Assembly: GCA_002633005.1 (NCBI GenBank)
Contig: NMRA01001261.1
Location: 1 to 33,216, forward strand
Direction of reading: 5' to 3'
From: Phoronis australis
Taxonomy: Eukaryota; Animalia; Phoronida
DNA length: 33,216 nucleotides
The position numbers were made by a program, and so were the translations under genes. The notes under the pieces were generated by a model, which was given only the letters and a program-made list of their open reading frames with translations, searched no databases and was not told the DNA's origin. Below, in pieces: positions 11,805 to 22,394 of the stretch. Within the stretch, counting starts at the first letter, position 1. The number at the start of each line of letters is the position of its first letter.

Positions 11805-13195
11805 AGATGCATAGACTGGTTAAATTGTGAATACGCAAATGAAATACCAACTTACAAAGAATCTCGGGTGCTCTAATGTGTCGGAAACCGTCCGAGAACC
11901 AGTTCCCATTACAATCTCGCGAAAGTCTTGTTTTGAGGCTATGTTTATGTAAATGAGTATGGTTTCTTCGCTACCCCAATGAAACAAGACTCCGTTATTA
12001 TTTGTTTATTTCACTATCAAATAACGATTGTGCAATATTTAGAATTGCTGGGGGTTTTACATTTGTTTTTAAGTGTGGTCTTTTCTATAAAACCGCAATT
12101 TCTTTAAATGTTGTTTCTTTCCTGAATATACTTGTACACACAGTCCTCCAGGATGTCGTTAGGTGGCGCTTGCTGCAAATATAAATATTTCACAGTTTAA
12201 TGAGACAAAAGAACCTTTGAATTTTGAGTCTAAGTCAAGTCATATTCGGCGGAAACTAGATGCTGGGACCTGTCTCATAAATTGAGAGATACCACGACAT
12301 TTCGTAAATTTTGTACGGCCTTATTAGTTTTTCCCAAAAATGTTAATACTACACGTCTTCGATATTCAGTTGCCAAAACAAGAAAAATGAACTCGCCTAC
12401 ATGAAAGAAATTCAAGGTTGACACCCTCACTGATGGAGATTGGGCAACTCGACCAGTTTGCTCACCACAGAATTTGCTGGTTCAGATCAGAGACATCATG
12501 CTGCTGACATTATGGTTCTCTAGATAACGAGACCACCATAAGCACAATAGGGAGGGGGGGGGGGCAATAATGCATTTTTAATTTTGCGTACAAGGAGCGT
12601 GACTTTTACAACCTATATGGTTTGTTTGATCTAGAGATAATATTTCCCCTCATTAATTCTGCTGGGTGCGCCACATATCAAACCACCAGCCAGCTGCTGG
12701 ATTATGGGGTAATCTAAATGTCCTCTTGCAATTCTTAGCACGAAGCCATGTGAATTCAGAAAGGATACGTTCGATTTCCCGGCCGAAAAACGCATTTTGG
12801 TCTTGAAGATGCCGTGTCTCATTGAAACCGTGGATATTCAAAGTTGCACCAAGTGAAGTGCGTGTACACGTACAATCAAGGATAAGTGTAAATGAATTCC
12901 GGTTTTAATGCGAACACCACAACTGATCCACTTAAAAACAAGTGTTACCTTACCAAAAACAAGTAATTCAAAATAGTACGCAATTGTTATTTGATATTGA
13001 AATGAACAAATAATAAAAATTGCCTTATTTCATTAGGGTAACCCATTTACATAAAATAGTCTCGCAAAAGGAGACTTTCAGGAGATTGTAATGGTAACTA
13101 GATCTCGGATGGTTTCCGACACACCGGAAGACGCGGGGTTGTTTGTAAACCAGTACTTCATATGTATATTCACGATTTAATGAGACATATTATCT
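11805..13195. mobile_element. Foldback-type non-autonomous DNA transposon with ~350-bp imperfect TIRs and TTAA TSD (Kolobok-like)
   Basis: TTAA (11801-11804) AGAT... and ...ATCT TTAA (13196-13199). Arms 11805-12150 and 12850-13195 are inverted (e.g. tgtgtcggaaaccgtccgaga vs tctcggatggtttccgacaca). Confidence 0.7.
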
Positions 13196-13199
13196 TTAA

Positions 13200-13660
13200 G
13201 AAGTCTAAAAAAATTGTTTTTAGAAATGGTGGCACTTCGGAAGTCACTCAGTATAAGTCGTAAGCCAGTGTAAATAGCTTGGCCTGTTGTCACTCCAAAA
13301 CTATCTTGGACAAAGGCGACACTTTCAAAGCAAGGGAGAAAATGTCTTATCGCCATTTCTAAATTACGTAACCGATGTCAAAACCTACCACGCGGTCTAT
13401 GTTTTGAGTTATTAGATAAAATGATTATCCATCAATTTGTTATGGGGTTGAAATCTGAGGGTATTAACAGTATAGAACGTTTTCACGTGAAATTCTGTAA
13501 AATGGTACTTGGTGTGAGCACTTTTTGTTCCAATGTAGCCGTATTGAGTGAATGCGGGAGTTTCCTACTGTTTACAAAACATTTTTATCATATGTATAAA
13601 ATATTGGTTTAAGGTACTGAAATTGCCATCGAGCAGGTATGTCCGTGCTGTGTATAACAA
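13200..13660 (+). mobile_element. Heavily decayed RTEX-like LINE fragment (end of RT domain)
   Basis: Frameshifted motifs KSKKIVFRNGG, TPKLSWTKA, LDKMI..CYGVEI, IERFHVKFCKMVLGVSTFCSNVAVLSECG. Confidence 0.75.
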
Positions 13661-14179
13661 TGTTTGTTATTGTACTTTGGACCTCTGGCTTTGATTACAA
13701 TAAAGTATGGTGGAAAAACTAATGCTATCAGAATGAAAAAGTTCATGGAATCCAAAAGTTTCAAATTTAGTGTTGGAGTTTAACTTTCACAGAAAAATCG
13801 ACAAGAATAAACGAAATTTATTGGCATGCCAAATGGAAGTGCAGAATTCACTACTGCCGGCGGGGGACATTGTCATCAGTTCATTGAAAATTGAAAATCG
13901 TACATATCTGAGTCCATATAATGGAATTAAACACAATTCACAAGTCAAGTCATGCCGTGCAACCAGAAGTCATCTTGCCATCAGTGCTGTAGTGGTAAAA
14001 TTAGAGTTAAGTAGGCACCCAGAACCCACCGTATGACCTTGAGTAAGGATATGCAGTGGCGATTTGATTTCAGATGGTCCTGGACTGGAATTTAGGATGA
14101 TCGTAATTCCAACGTGCACAGATACTGTTTTCAACCCTTGGTGACACGATACTAAGTAATTAATGCAATACTGTCCTGT

Positions 14180-14860
14180 GGAAAAACTAGAATGAATTAC
14201 ATGAATCTTGGAAACCTTGTAGTTATTTGTTTGATTCATGTGCATAATTTGTGTCTGCATTTACTGTATTTGCATAAGTTATGCAAATCTATGACGTAAT
14301 GACCAGCAAGCTGATTTCATTAAACTTACTGATCTCGAAAATATGGGTATAAGTACCAAGGTGATTTTCATGAAGCGCTCCCGTAATGCAGTTACTAATA
14401 GCAAAAGATTTTTGCACAAAGTATGCTAATTTAGCATGCAAAAGTTTGCACAATGATTTTATTAAATTAATTGAACATATAAACATGGAAAATGCCATCA
14501 ATATAATTTACTTTTGGTGCTATAAACCTAAGTAGGTTTTTGAATAATGGCGACCTTCACTTGCATAAATTACGAAAAATCACGATTAATATCCACCAGT
14601 AAACTAGCTCCATTGAATTCACTAACCTTGGAAACATAGGTAAAAACATCAAAATAATCTACCTGTGGTACTTGGTAAAGAAGTTATAAGCAGAAACAGA
14701 ATTTTGCATCATAATAGCAGCCTTAATTTACATACTTAAAAAATGCCCAATGTTGTCGTGATCACAACTCTGCTAAAATGCTTCAGGAGGACCACCGCAA
14801 CATAACGCAGTCAAAACACCTTACGTTTAGTACCAAGAAATTTTAAGTCTCCTTTTGGGA
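14180..14860. repeat. Probable old DNA-transposon remnant rich in ATGCAAAT/ATGCTAAT-like motifs
   Basis: Palindromes ATTTGCATAA-G-TTATGCAAAT (14268-14288) and ATGCTAA-T-TTAGCAT (about 14423-14437). Termini not identified. Confidence 0.3.
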
Positions 14861-15757
14861 CCCTATGGGTAGTTACAACAATTCAAGATAGGATAAGCAT
14901 GGTAATATTTTTAAACCCCGAAAGGCTTCGCTAAAGAATTTATCATTGGCAACTTAACAGCAGCAAAATCGCGCGTTAAACTTAAGTACTTCTCAATGCT
15001 TTGAAAGACGTTTTGGCATTCATTTTGAGAAACTTTTAAGCTATTGTGTCGCTTGGGTCTCCAAGGGTTATGTGTTCCACAAAAGTCTTTTAATATTTTA
15101 TCGACTAACTTGGAATATCGACTGTCATCATAGACAATCGATCTTTTCATGAGATAACCCCAACGCTAATATTTGAGATTTTGTTACCCCAACACCTACC
15201 GGTAAGCGAGCTTCAGCCAGACTGTGGCTAACCCGTGCTAATCCGGCGGAGCCTTTGGTGTCAATGCCTAGAAATTCGCTGGATACTCTTGGGTAAAGAG
15301 TGCACTGATACGCCGTAAAAAGTAACAATTGTTTAAAGCGTAACAACTGCTACGTTTTACGTCATTGTTGCATTTTACCATAGATTATAGACAACAGATT
15401 CGGCATATCCTTACGTGCTGGGCTGAACTCTCCTGACCTTTCTGATGCAGTTTCCGGTTAGTGTATTTTGACGAGAAATACTTGCATCTACTTTACTGTC
15501 CAAAACAACGAAAAAAATATTAATTTCGGCATTGAAACGCTTTTCAAAGTTTTTCAATAGTAGAAGTGTTGGTATTGTGAGTACTTTTGGCAAAGCTACT
15601 GGTAATTAATTACAAAATTCAAACTTCGGTGCCGACTAATTGTGTCGTCTGCTTGCCCAATAGCAGCATAATTATCGGACAATTTTTGATTTATGGTTCA
15701 CGTAGGCCTACTGAGAAAACTACGGAAGTATGTTTATAAATCAACATTCTCAAGTGA

Positions 15758-15804
15758 GCAGTTCTTCTGGGAAGTGTTGAGTGGCCCTTAAAAGGGCCGT
15801 TGGT
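15758..15804 (-). terminator. Replication-dependent histone-type 3'-end processing signal (stem-loop plus histone downstream element), orphan
   Basis: Minus strand: accaac GGCCCT TTTA AGGGCC ACTCA acacttccc AGAAGAACTG. The 6-bp stem/4-nt loop at 15783-15798 matches the metazoan consensus, and a purine-rich element starts 15 nt after the stem. Confidence 0.85.
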
Positions 15805-15818
15805 TGTAGCTATAGCGT

Positions 15819-15844
15819 GAAATGGTTCATAAAAGAACCGTTGA
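15819..15844 (-). promoter_or_regulatory. Second, imperfect histone-type stem-loop
   Basis: Minus strand: tcaac GGTTCT TTTA TGAACC atttc (15824-15839). The loop-closing pair is U.U instead of U-A. Confidence 0.7.
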
Positions 15845-15849
15845 ATAAT

Positions 15850-15906
15850 TCAACACAGTATAGTCCGATTACCTCTCGTCGTCAGTCTCCAAAGGTCGTC
15901 CGCCAT
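15850..15906 (-). CDS. Candidate 18-aa micro-ORF MADDLWRLTTRGNRTILC upstream of the tandem histone stem-loops
   Basis: ATG in strong Kozak / YY1-like context (aacaagATGGCGG), with TGA 10 nt before the first stem-loop. Too short to show coding signal. Confidence 0.25.
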   Translation of the reverse strand: MADDLWRLTTRGNRTILC

Positions 15907-18534
15907 CTTGTTTCGCGTGCAGCGCTGCCACGCGGGACTTAGCGTTCCAATTTGGAACGCTCGTCTGCACGTTAGGTACTAACCTCTCGGGAGAAATACG
16001 CATGGAAGAACTGAGACTAAAATTAATGCATTTACCGACTGTTTTTTTGAGACCACTTAAAAACTTGTTGATTTTACTAATGCACTTTTTTGTTCATTTT
16101 CAGAAGATATTTTCGAAATTAAATTTTCTTCAGACGGAACAAAAAGCAACCCAGGGATTGTTTATGCAATGTATCTATTTGTCCCAGGCACTAACCGACA
16201 TCTGTTAGGCCAAAGGAAAAACGCAGCAGACAAATGGAACACGCTGGGTGCTTAACAGTTTCGGCCCACGCCTTGGTCATCAAAATATTGTTCACTTGTT
16301 TTTTTATTGCAAAACACAGTACTGAACTCAACATTTATGTTGAAAATTTTGGTTAAAGCATTTTGAATTTATTTGAAGAAAATTAAAATACTTGAATTGA
16401 TAGAGAATGGCCACCAATAAAGTAAAACATTGACTTTATTTCACTATATTGCATTTGTTACATACAACACAGCATGACATAATCAAAAATAAAAGAAGAG
16501 ATTGAGCAATAAAATTCAAATGCAACTTGGGTATTTATTTATTTATTTATGAATGCAGAAGCCTGTTAAAGATGAGAAAAAATCAAACAATACAATTATG
16601 GGTAATTTATTAGAACAATTGTATCGAGGTTCAATGATCAACTTCCGCCTACCAAGTCTCAAAGGCTTACAGTTCTGTTTTGGCTGACAAGGTGTTAACA
16701 GAGAATGAAGAGAAACTGAAAAGAAAAAGAAGGACAGCAGAGATAAGTGATGTTAAGAACAACAAGAGCAAAAAGTCAAATAAAGAGGTCACAAATACAA
16801 AATAAGTAAGGTCTGCCTGGAATAAAACAATTGTGATTTATTTTCCAGAACTGAAATTCTAAATCAATTTTAATCGATTTAAAAATCGATATCATACCAG
16901 TAAAACAGTTTGTGGTTGAAGTAGAGTTGCTGTAAACCACTTTCCACTATTTTCTTGGCCTTTTTCTGTGTGGTTTTCTGTCCTTTCAAAAGGCGGCAGC
17001 ACATGACGACCATAGGTGTCATTATAAAATGGCTGCCGAAAACCAATGCACAGTTGAACAACTCGGCTTAAGTAAAAGAAAACGTTTGAATCAACGAATA
17101 CTATATATTTGTGAGAGTTAAATCAAGTCCTATTCAGATCATAACTTTGAAGTGGAATAATTGGGTGAGTAAGACAACAAGCCGGTTTTATGCTTAGGCG
17201 GACGACTATAGGGTTTCGGAGTGTATACCATGCTCACTCAAGTACTGAAGGTCCCCTTCATTCAAGTTTTCATCTGGGAAGGTTGGGTGAAAACAGAAGA
17301 GATGACAATATCGATGACAGTTGTAACACCATATATAAATGTTACCGTTCTCCAACGTTATCACGAACCCTGCCTTTTTCAGTTCTTGTTCCTGGATTCA
17401 GAAGTAGCCCTGAACCATAGGCAAAAAAGACATACTACGAAAAAGAAACAAATTGTGAAAATCATCGCCTTCGTGTGATTACGTGTTGCTGTCGCCAGAC
17501 TGTTGTTCCCGTTCCCAACATCAATGTCGGAAATCGACGTTACAAATGATGGAAACTTGTGTCCTTTGTTTCTAACTTTTAACCCATTTTTTAAGAAAGG
17601 GGTGTACTGATTTTGTCAAACGTTGATAGAGCATAACTTGGTTTTTACAATGCATTAATTGTGTTGAATGCATTCATATTAGGTGGCTTCATTGATTTGA
17701 TCAGAAAATAAACTAAATGCAACACAATAAAGCTTTGAAAATAAATAGAACAGTAAAACAGGACTCCCTAAAAATCGAGCTGATTTCGAAAACTTTGCGC
17801 CATTGGTGATCTGATTGGTTCATGCATTTACGGCGGGAAAATAATAGACAAAGTATCGTGCAAGTGTGCACTGTAGCAACACTTTGTATCTTATTCCTAC
17901 TTGGCCAATCTGTTGTTACAGTAAATTTCCTTATTTATGCCCATCCTGATTTGACTGCAACTTGAGCTTGTTGGGTTCTATCATATATTGGGTTGGCATT
18001 GGTACCCACGTGATGCTTACTCAAATGGGCTTCATTTTACCGAGTATTTCAAATTGAGGTGAAGTAAATAAACAAAGTGGATGATTATCACCACCAGAAT
18101 TTCATCATTAGTATCTTTTGCCGGGTGCTCAAATTTTCTCTGAGACTAGGGATTGTCAGATTTGTAAGGTAGAAGTGTTTCGCTGGATTTCCAGGTCTGT
18201 GGCGTTATTTATACCGGACCAAAATTAAAACAACAGACCTTTGTTTAAATCAGTAGCTGCATGATACACATTTATTAGACGTGCGCAGGCATTGCACATT
18301 AATATATAGTTAAACCAAGCTGAGGAGCTTGAAACCTGATTCAAGGCAATTTTTGGCAGTGGTATTTTCTGAAAAATGCTCGTAAGTCGACAACAAAGTT
18401 TGATAGCAATGCACTGCAGCTTTGTAGAAACGCTGTTCATAGGTTACAGATGTGTCACAGAGCGTAACTTTGATGAATTCTAGCTTACGATTTCACCTGT
18501 TTCGGAGACCGGGTTTCAACCACTTTTGGGCTAT

Positions 18535-18601
18535 AATAATGCCCCCTTCCTGAAGCGGATTTTTCTAAGCACCCTGGCCGCTTATTAGGGCGCATACGGT
18601 A
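18535..18601. mobile_element. Single terminus of a Tc1/mariner (Tc2/pogo-like) non-autonomous element
   Basis: Ends ...ccctggccgcttattagggcgcaTACGG-TA, a CCGTA terminus with TA TSD. Partner end not found. Confidence 0.4.
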
Positions 18602-19322
18602 ATATTTCAGAAGGGCAATACTTAGTGTCCTTTATGCACGGGATCCTTGTATTACATTAGGAGTGGGATTGGCTCATCATGTACCCTACAGGTGGCATCG
18701 CCTTCGTATATAGTCTTATTGCTGAAACAACTGCCATTCACGTTGACACAAGAAGTAAGCTTTTCTTCTCAAAGCCGATTATGGGGTCTTCGGATGGTAT
18801 GGGAGCTAATTCTTTTGCATTTCGCGTGTGTGGCCGAACAACCGGCCACACAGTAGCCGACCATAATTAGCAGATGACGTACTTGCCGGAAGTTGCACCA
18901 GAAAATTTAGCCAGGTGTCGCCAGTGAATAATGACGCAAGGGCTTAATGCGTAACTTCACAGATTTCGTCCATTGAAAGTATACGGAGTTGGCGGTCCAT
19001 GTACTATAGTCTATGATTTTACGTTGCTAGACCTCTCTTAAAATGTAAGAAGTTGTTACAAGGTTACAATTTACGTCGAATGCGCATGCGAGAAATGTCC
19101 AATTGTTACATTTTACGAAAGCGACGTCGTATTTCATGACTGAGTTTGCGTGGTATTTGTCACAAAGAAAAACGGTTCACACGCTTTACGTCTTCTTTGT
19201 CGGATTGTATGAATGAAATCCTGCCAAATGTGCCAGCTCGAATTTATAGATTTGTCCCTATGTGCTTTTCATTGTTTCTAAAACGAATAGTTTGTTGGTA
19301 TAGTCAAAAATGTTCCCCGTGC

Positions 19323-19450
19323 CAGGAGCAGATGCCAGATTTTGAGTTAGAGGGTGCCAGAGCAGAGTATTGGCCTGGATTTTTCCTGTCAGACATTCGC
19401 ACCCGGCCCCGAACTGCCAAATGCAATCTGGAATGATTTTAGGGTGGCCG
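19323..19450 (+). mobile_element. MITE family D, truncated copy
   Basis: Shares gtcagacattcgca...ccccgaactgccaaatg.aatctgg with 19652-19818, 26321-26447 and 29881-30044. Confidence 0.75.
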
Positions 19451-19651
19451 AAGCTCATCATCTGTCATGATCAGTTTCATAAGAAATGTCAAATTTCAAT
19501 ATGATCATGCAAGACTCTAGTGGGTAGAAAGAGTGGACGCTTTATCGTCCACTAGCGTGTCGGATTTGCCTAACATATGAATTTCGACCTCTTTTTCCCA
19601 ATGATTAGCAAAACCACCCTTAACGATATGGCTTTGTGGAAAGGTGGAATT

Positions 19652-19818
19652 CAGATAGATTCGGAATTTTGAGTTTGGGGGAACAAGGGCAGAGAATTAT
19701 TCAGGATTTTGCCCGTCAGATATCGCAACCCCGAACTGCCTAGTATGGAATCTGGAATAATTTTAAGGGGGGGGCATGGCCCCTTGCCCCCCCCCCCCNT
19801 CCCCTAAATCCGCCACTG
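19652..19818 (+). mobile_element. MITE family D copy
   Basis: Ends cccctaaatccgccaCTG, flanks gaatt / gcatt (5 bp, 1 mismatch), shared internal core. Confidence 0.8.
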
Positions 19819-20430
19819 GCATTTGTTTTGTACAAGCTCTTGGTTTTGCTCAAAATGTGTCACATTGGGATCAAAAACACGTTTGGCCCATTCGCGATAT
19901 GGACTACTGCCTACGAATCCGTCGGGACAAACTTGTACGGCCTTATACCCCGCTTTATTCTAGATCTCAGGCAGGCCCTCAAGAACAGACTGGAACTCAA
20001 GTTCGGCAGTGCATATCCCAGGCAGTTGCTATCACATACCCCCAAAGTCTAACCAACGCAGGACTGAGCTCATTTCAGAAAACGGAGGACCGAAATAGTA
20101 ACGCTAAAACAACCTTCGTTCCTCTCGGGTCGTCATGTAAAGTGGACAAGTTACCAGCACGAATTGCCAAGTTTTTACCAACCACCTTATTGTGTTTGAC
20201 TAACCTCACCGGAATGGGCTCTTCTGGGTCGACGACCTAGAATTTATCTTGCCCACTAATCAGGGCGCGAATTCAGATTTCCACGGTACATCATGTATCG
20301 TCGCCAGCTGGCAGGAAGGCAAGTGACCTTCAAGGGAACCGGAAAGCATAAAGCTATTTACAGGCTGGGATCGAGGACGTAGTCAAGCCGCTGGCAGTTA
20401 TCTCTCCGCGGCGGATAGGTTGCTGTCTTT

Positions 20431-21078
20431 ATGGAGAACCTTTACTGCTCCTTTGCTCGTTTTATTTTCATCGTATTTTGTCTTCATTCCTGCCACAACC
20501 ATCTAGCAGTTCAGCTAGCCACGGCGCCAGCCGTGAAGGGAACGTCAATAGTGTTGAGTGTTCTTTCTGATACTGACATAACAATACTTTTTGACAAGCC
20601 TCAGAACCAAACTGTCATCGACCATTATGAGCTGATTTGTGTGAAGTATACTGCAGGACACTTTCCTACGGGAGACAGAGTGGTCTTAAAAGCCAACGCA
20701 ACGGATAGAAACATAAGCGTTTCTTACTGGGAAACCATGACTGTGTCTGAAATCCAGTTGCTTGGGACACTGGTTCCAGAAACTCACTACAAGTTTTTTC
20801 TGAAGACTGTAGCGACAGGAGGGCACAACGACAGTGCAGAGGTCGAAATACCGCCAGGAATAGTGCGTACCCGTGAAACACTCGCCACACTTGATTGCTG
20901 GGATAGCATACGTGCAGGGATACAGTTCACTGGACTGCTTTTGGCGATGGTTACAGCGGTGTATGTGCTAAGCCAGGTTTGTTTGGACTGGTTCTGCGAT
21001 AACCGCCGTTACTATATGATTTGGACAGACTATGGAGTTATAGACCAACATGAAGGAGTTAATAAACTGCAATGTTGA
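20431..21078 (+). CDS. Fibronectin type III domain single-pass membrane protein (215-aa ORF; single-exon gene or terminal exon of a larger gene)
   Basis: Uninterrupted 648-nt ORF with an FN3 pattern (SDTDITILFDKP..IDHYELIC...LVPETHYKFFLKTV..GG), four N-glycosylation sequons (NQT, NAT, NIS, NDS), a hydrophobic helix GIQFTGLLLAMVTAVYVLSQVCL and a ~30-aa tail. Confidence 0.8.
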   Translation: MENLYCSFARFIFIVFCLHSCHNHLAVQLATAPAVKGTSIVLSVLSDTDITILFDKPQNQTVIDHYELICVKYTAGHFPTGDRVVLKANATDRNISVSYWETMTVSEIQLLGTLVPETHYKFFLKTVATGGHNDSAEVEIPPGIVRTRETLATLDCWDSIRAGIQFTGLLLAMVTAVYVLSQVCLDWFCDNRRYYMIWTDYGVIDQHEGVNKLQC

Positions 21079-22394
21079 CCTCTATTATGGCGACGCCGTT
21101 TCATTTCTCGCTTTCTTGAAGTTGCAATTACTTCATAGACATGCGCCAGCCTGTCTCAGTCTTAGAACGGCTAACTCGACGTTAATCACTTGATGTTCAT
21201 GTACATCCAATATTACTCATGTGATAATGAAATTTTACAGTTTACATTACACAATTGAGACAACGAAATACACCCGAGACGCTGGCAAACCTACATGCTA
21301 TGTAGCATGTGTGCAGATGTTCTGGCTTAATTTGTGGGTCAGCGCATTAACATTGATACGATACTCATTTATTACGTCATGTATGAACTTGGACAGCTGA
21401 CTACTGATACGCTACTAGTATTCATTTAGTACATAGTAAGTAAGAAAGTAAAATGTTTATTTGACATCAGTATAATTAGGTTAACAGCAAAACATTAGAA
21501 CTAGTGCTATAGTGACAGATATAAATGAGAAATTACTATGTACAAAAAGAGCCAGAAGGGTTATGTAAAGAAAGTATACAAACATGCATGACTTATCAAG
21601 CATCAAAAGACAGTATTTGACCACGTAGGCACTGTTGGCATTCACAAGCTTGGCGTACATAGCGACTTAACTCATTAATATCTTGGCAACATCTTATACA
21701 TTCCCATGCACGCACCCTGCAGCCTAAAAAAAATTGATAGTTCCTGGCGTTTTAGTGAACTTCTGTCTCGACGTTCTCTACTTTTGTTTTAGTGATGGGG
21801 ACCCGTTGCCCCCGAGCCCGAGCGCAAGCTTTTGTCTGGTTGGACAACATGCAGGCCAATTATCTACCAGACTTTATAATTACCGACCACGTTAGACCGG
21901 CAGCCCAGAGCACTTAGCATAGGTGAACGAGTTAGATTAGTTATTCGAGATACCAGCTAAAACTGATTTAAAAGGAACAACAGTAATGCAGTGAACACCG
22001 GAAGACCCATGACAGACAAATTGCACTCTGGAAAGGGTTCGTGAGAAACCCCAAACGGACCCCCAAAAATGAGCTAGCTCGTTCACATTCCGGCCAACCC
22101 GCGATCAAGAACGCCAAGAAGGCGATCGAGAACCAAACTTGGCGCGAGAAGCGAAGCCACGCAAGGTGAAAAATTGATGAATTTTCATTGATTTTACTTC
22201 CAATGTGAAAACAGAGACATGAGTTCAAGACGTAACATATTGAGGAAGAAGGGCAGGTGAACGTTTAGGCTAGTGTCTCTTCCAATTGTTGGAGAAAACC
22301 GAGGCACCGCTTGAGCCGAAGGTGATTTGTATGTCATTTTGGCAAATTGTGGTTATTTTCGGCACTATATCAATACTAAATTGACCATGAAGTG

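Noticed and set aside
15850-15906. Micro-ORF as a histone H4 C-terminal remnant (LTTRGNRTIL vs LKRQGRTLY)
   Set aside because: The similarity is too weak, and no other histone sequence is present in any frame I read.
19776-20240. 154-aa ORF upstream of the FN3 gene
   Set aside because: Starts inside a MITE G/C tract and has no recognisable domain.
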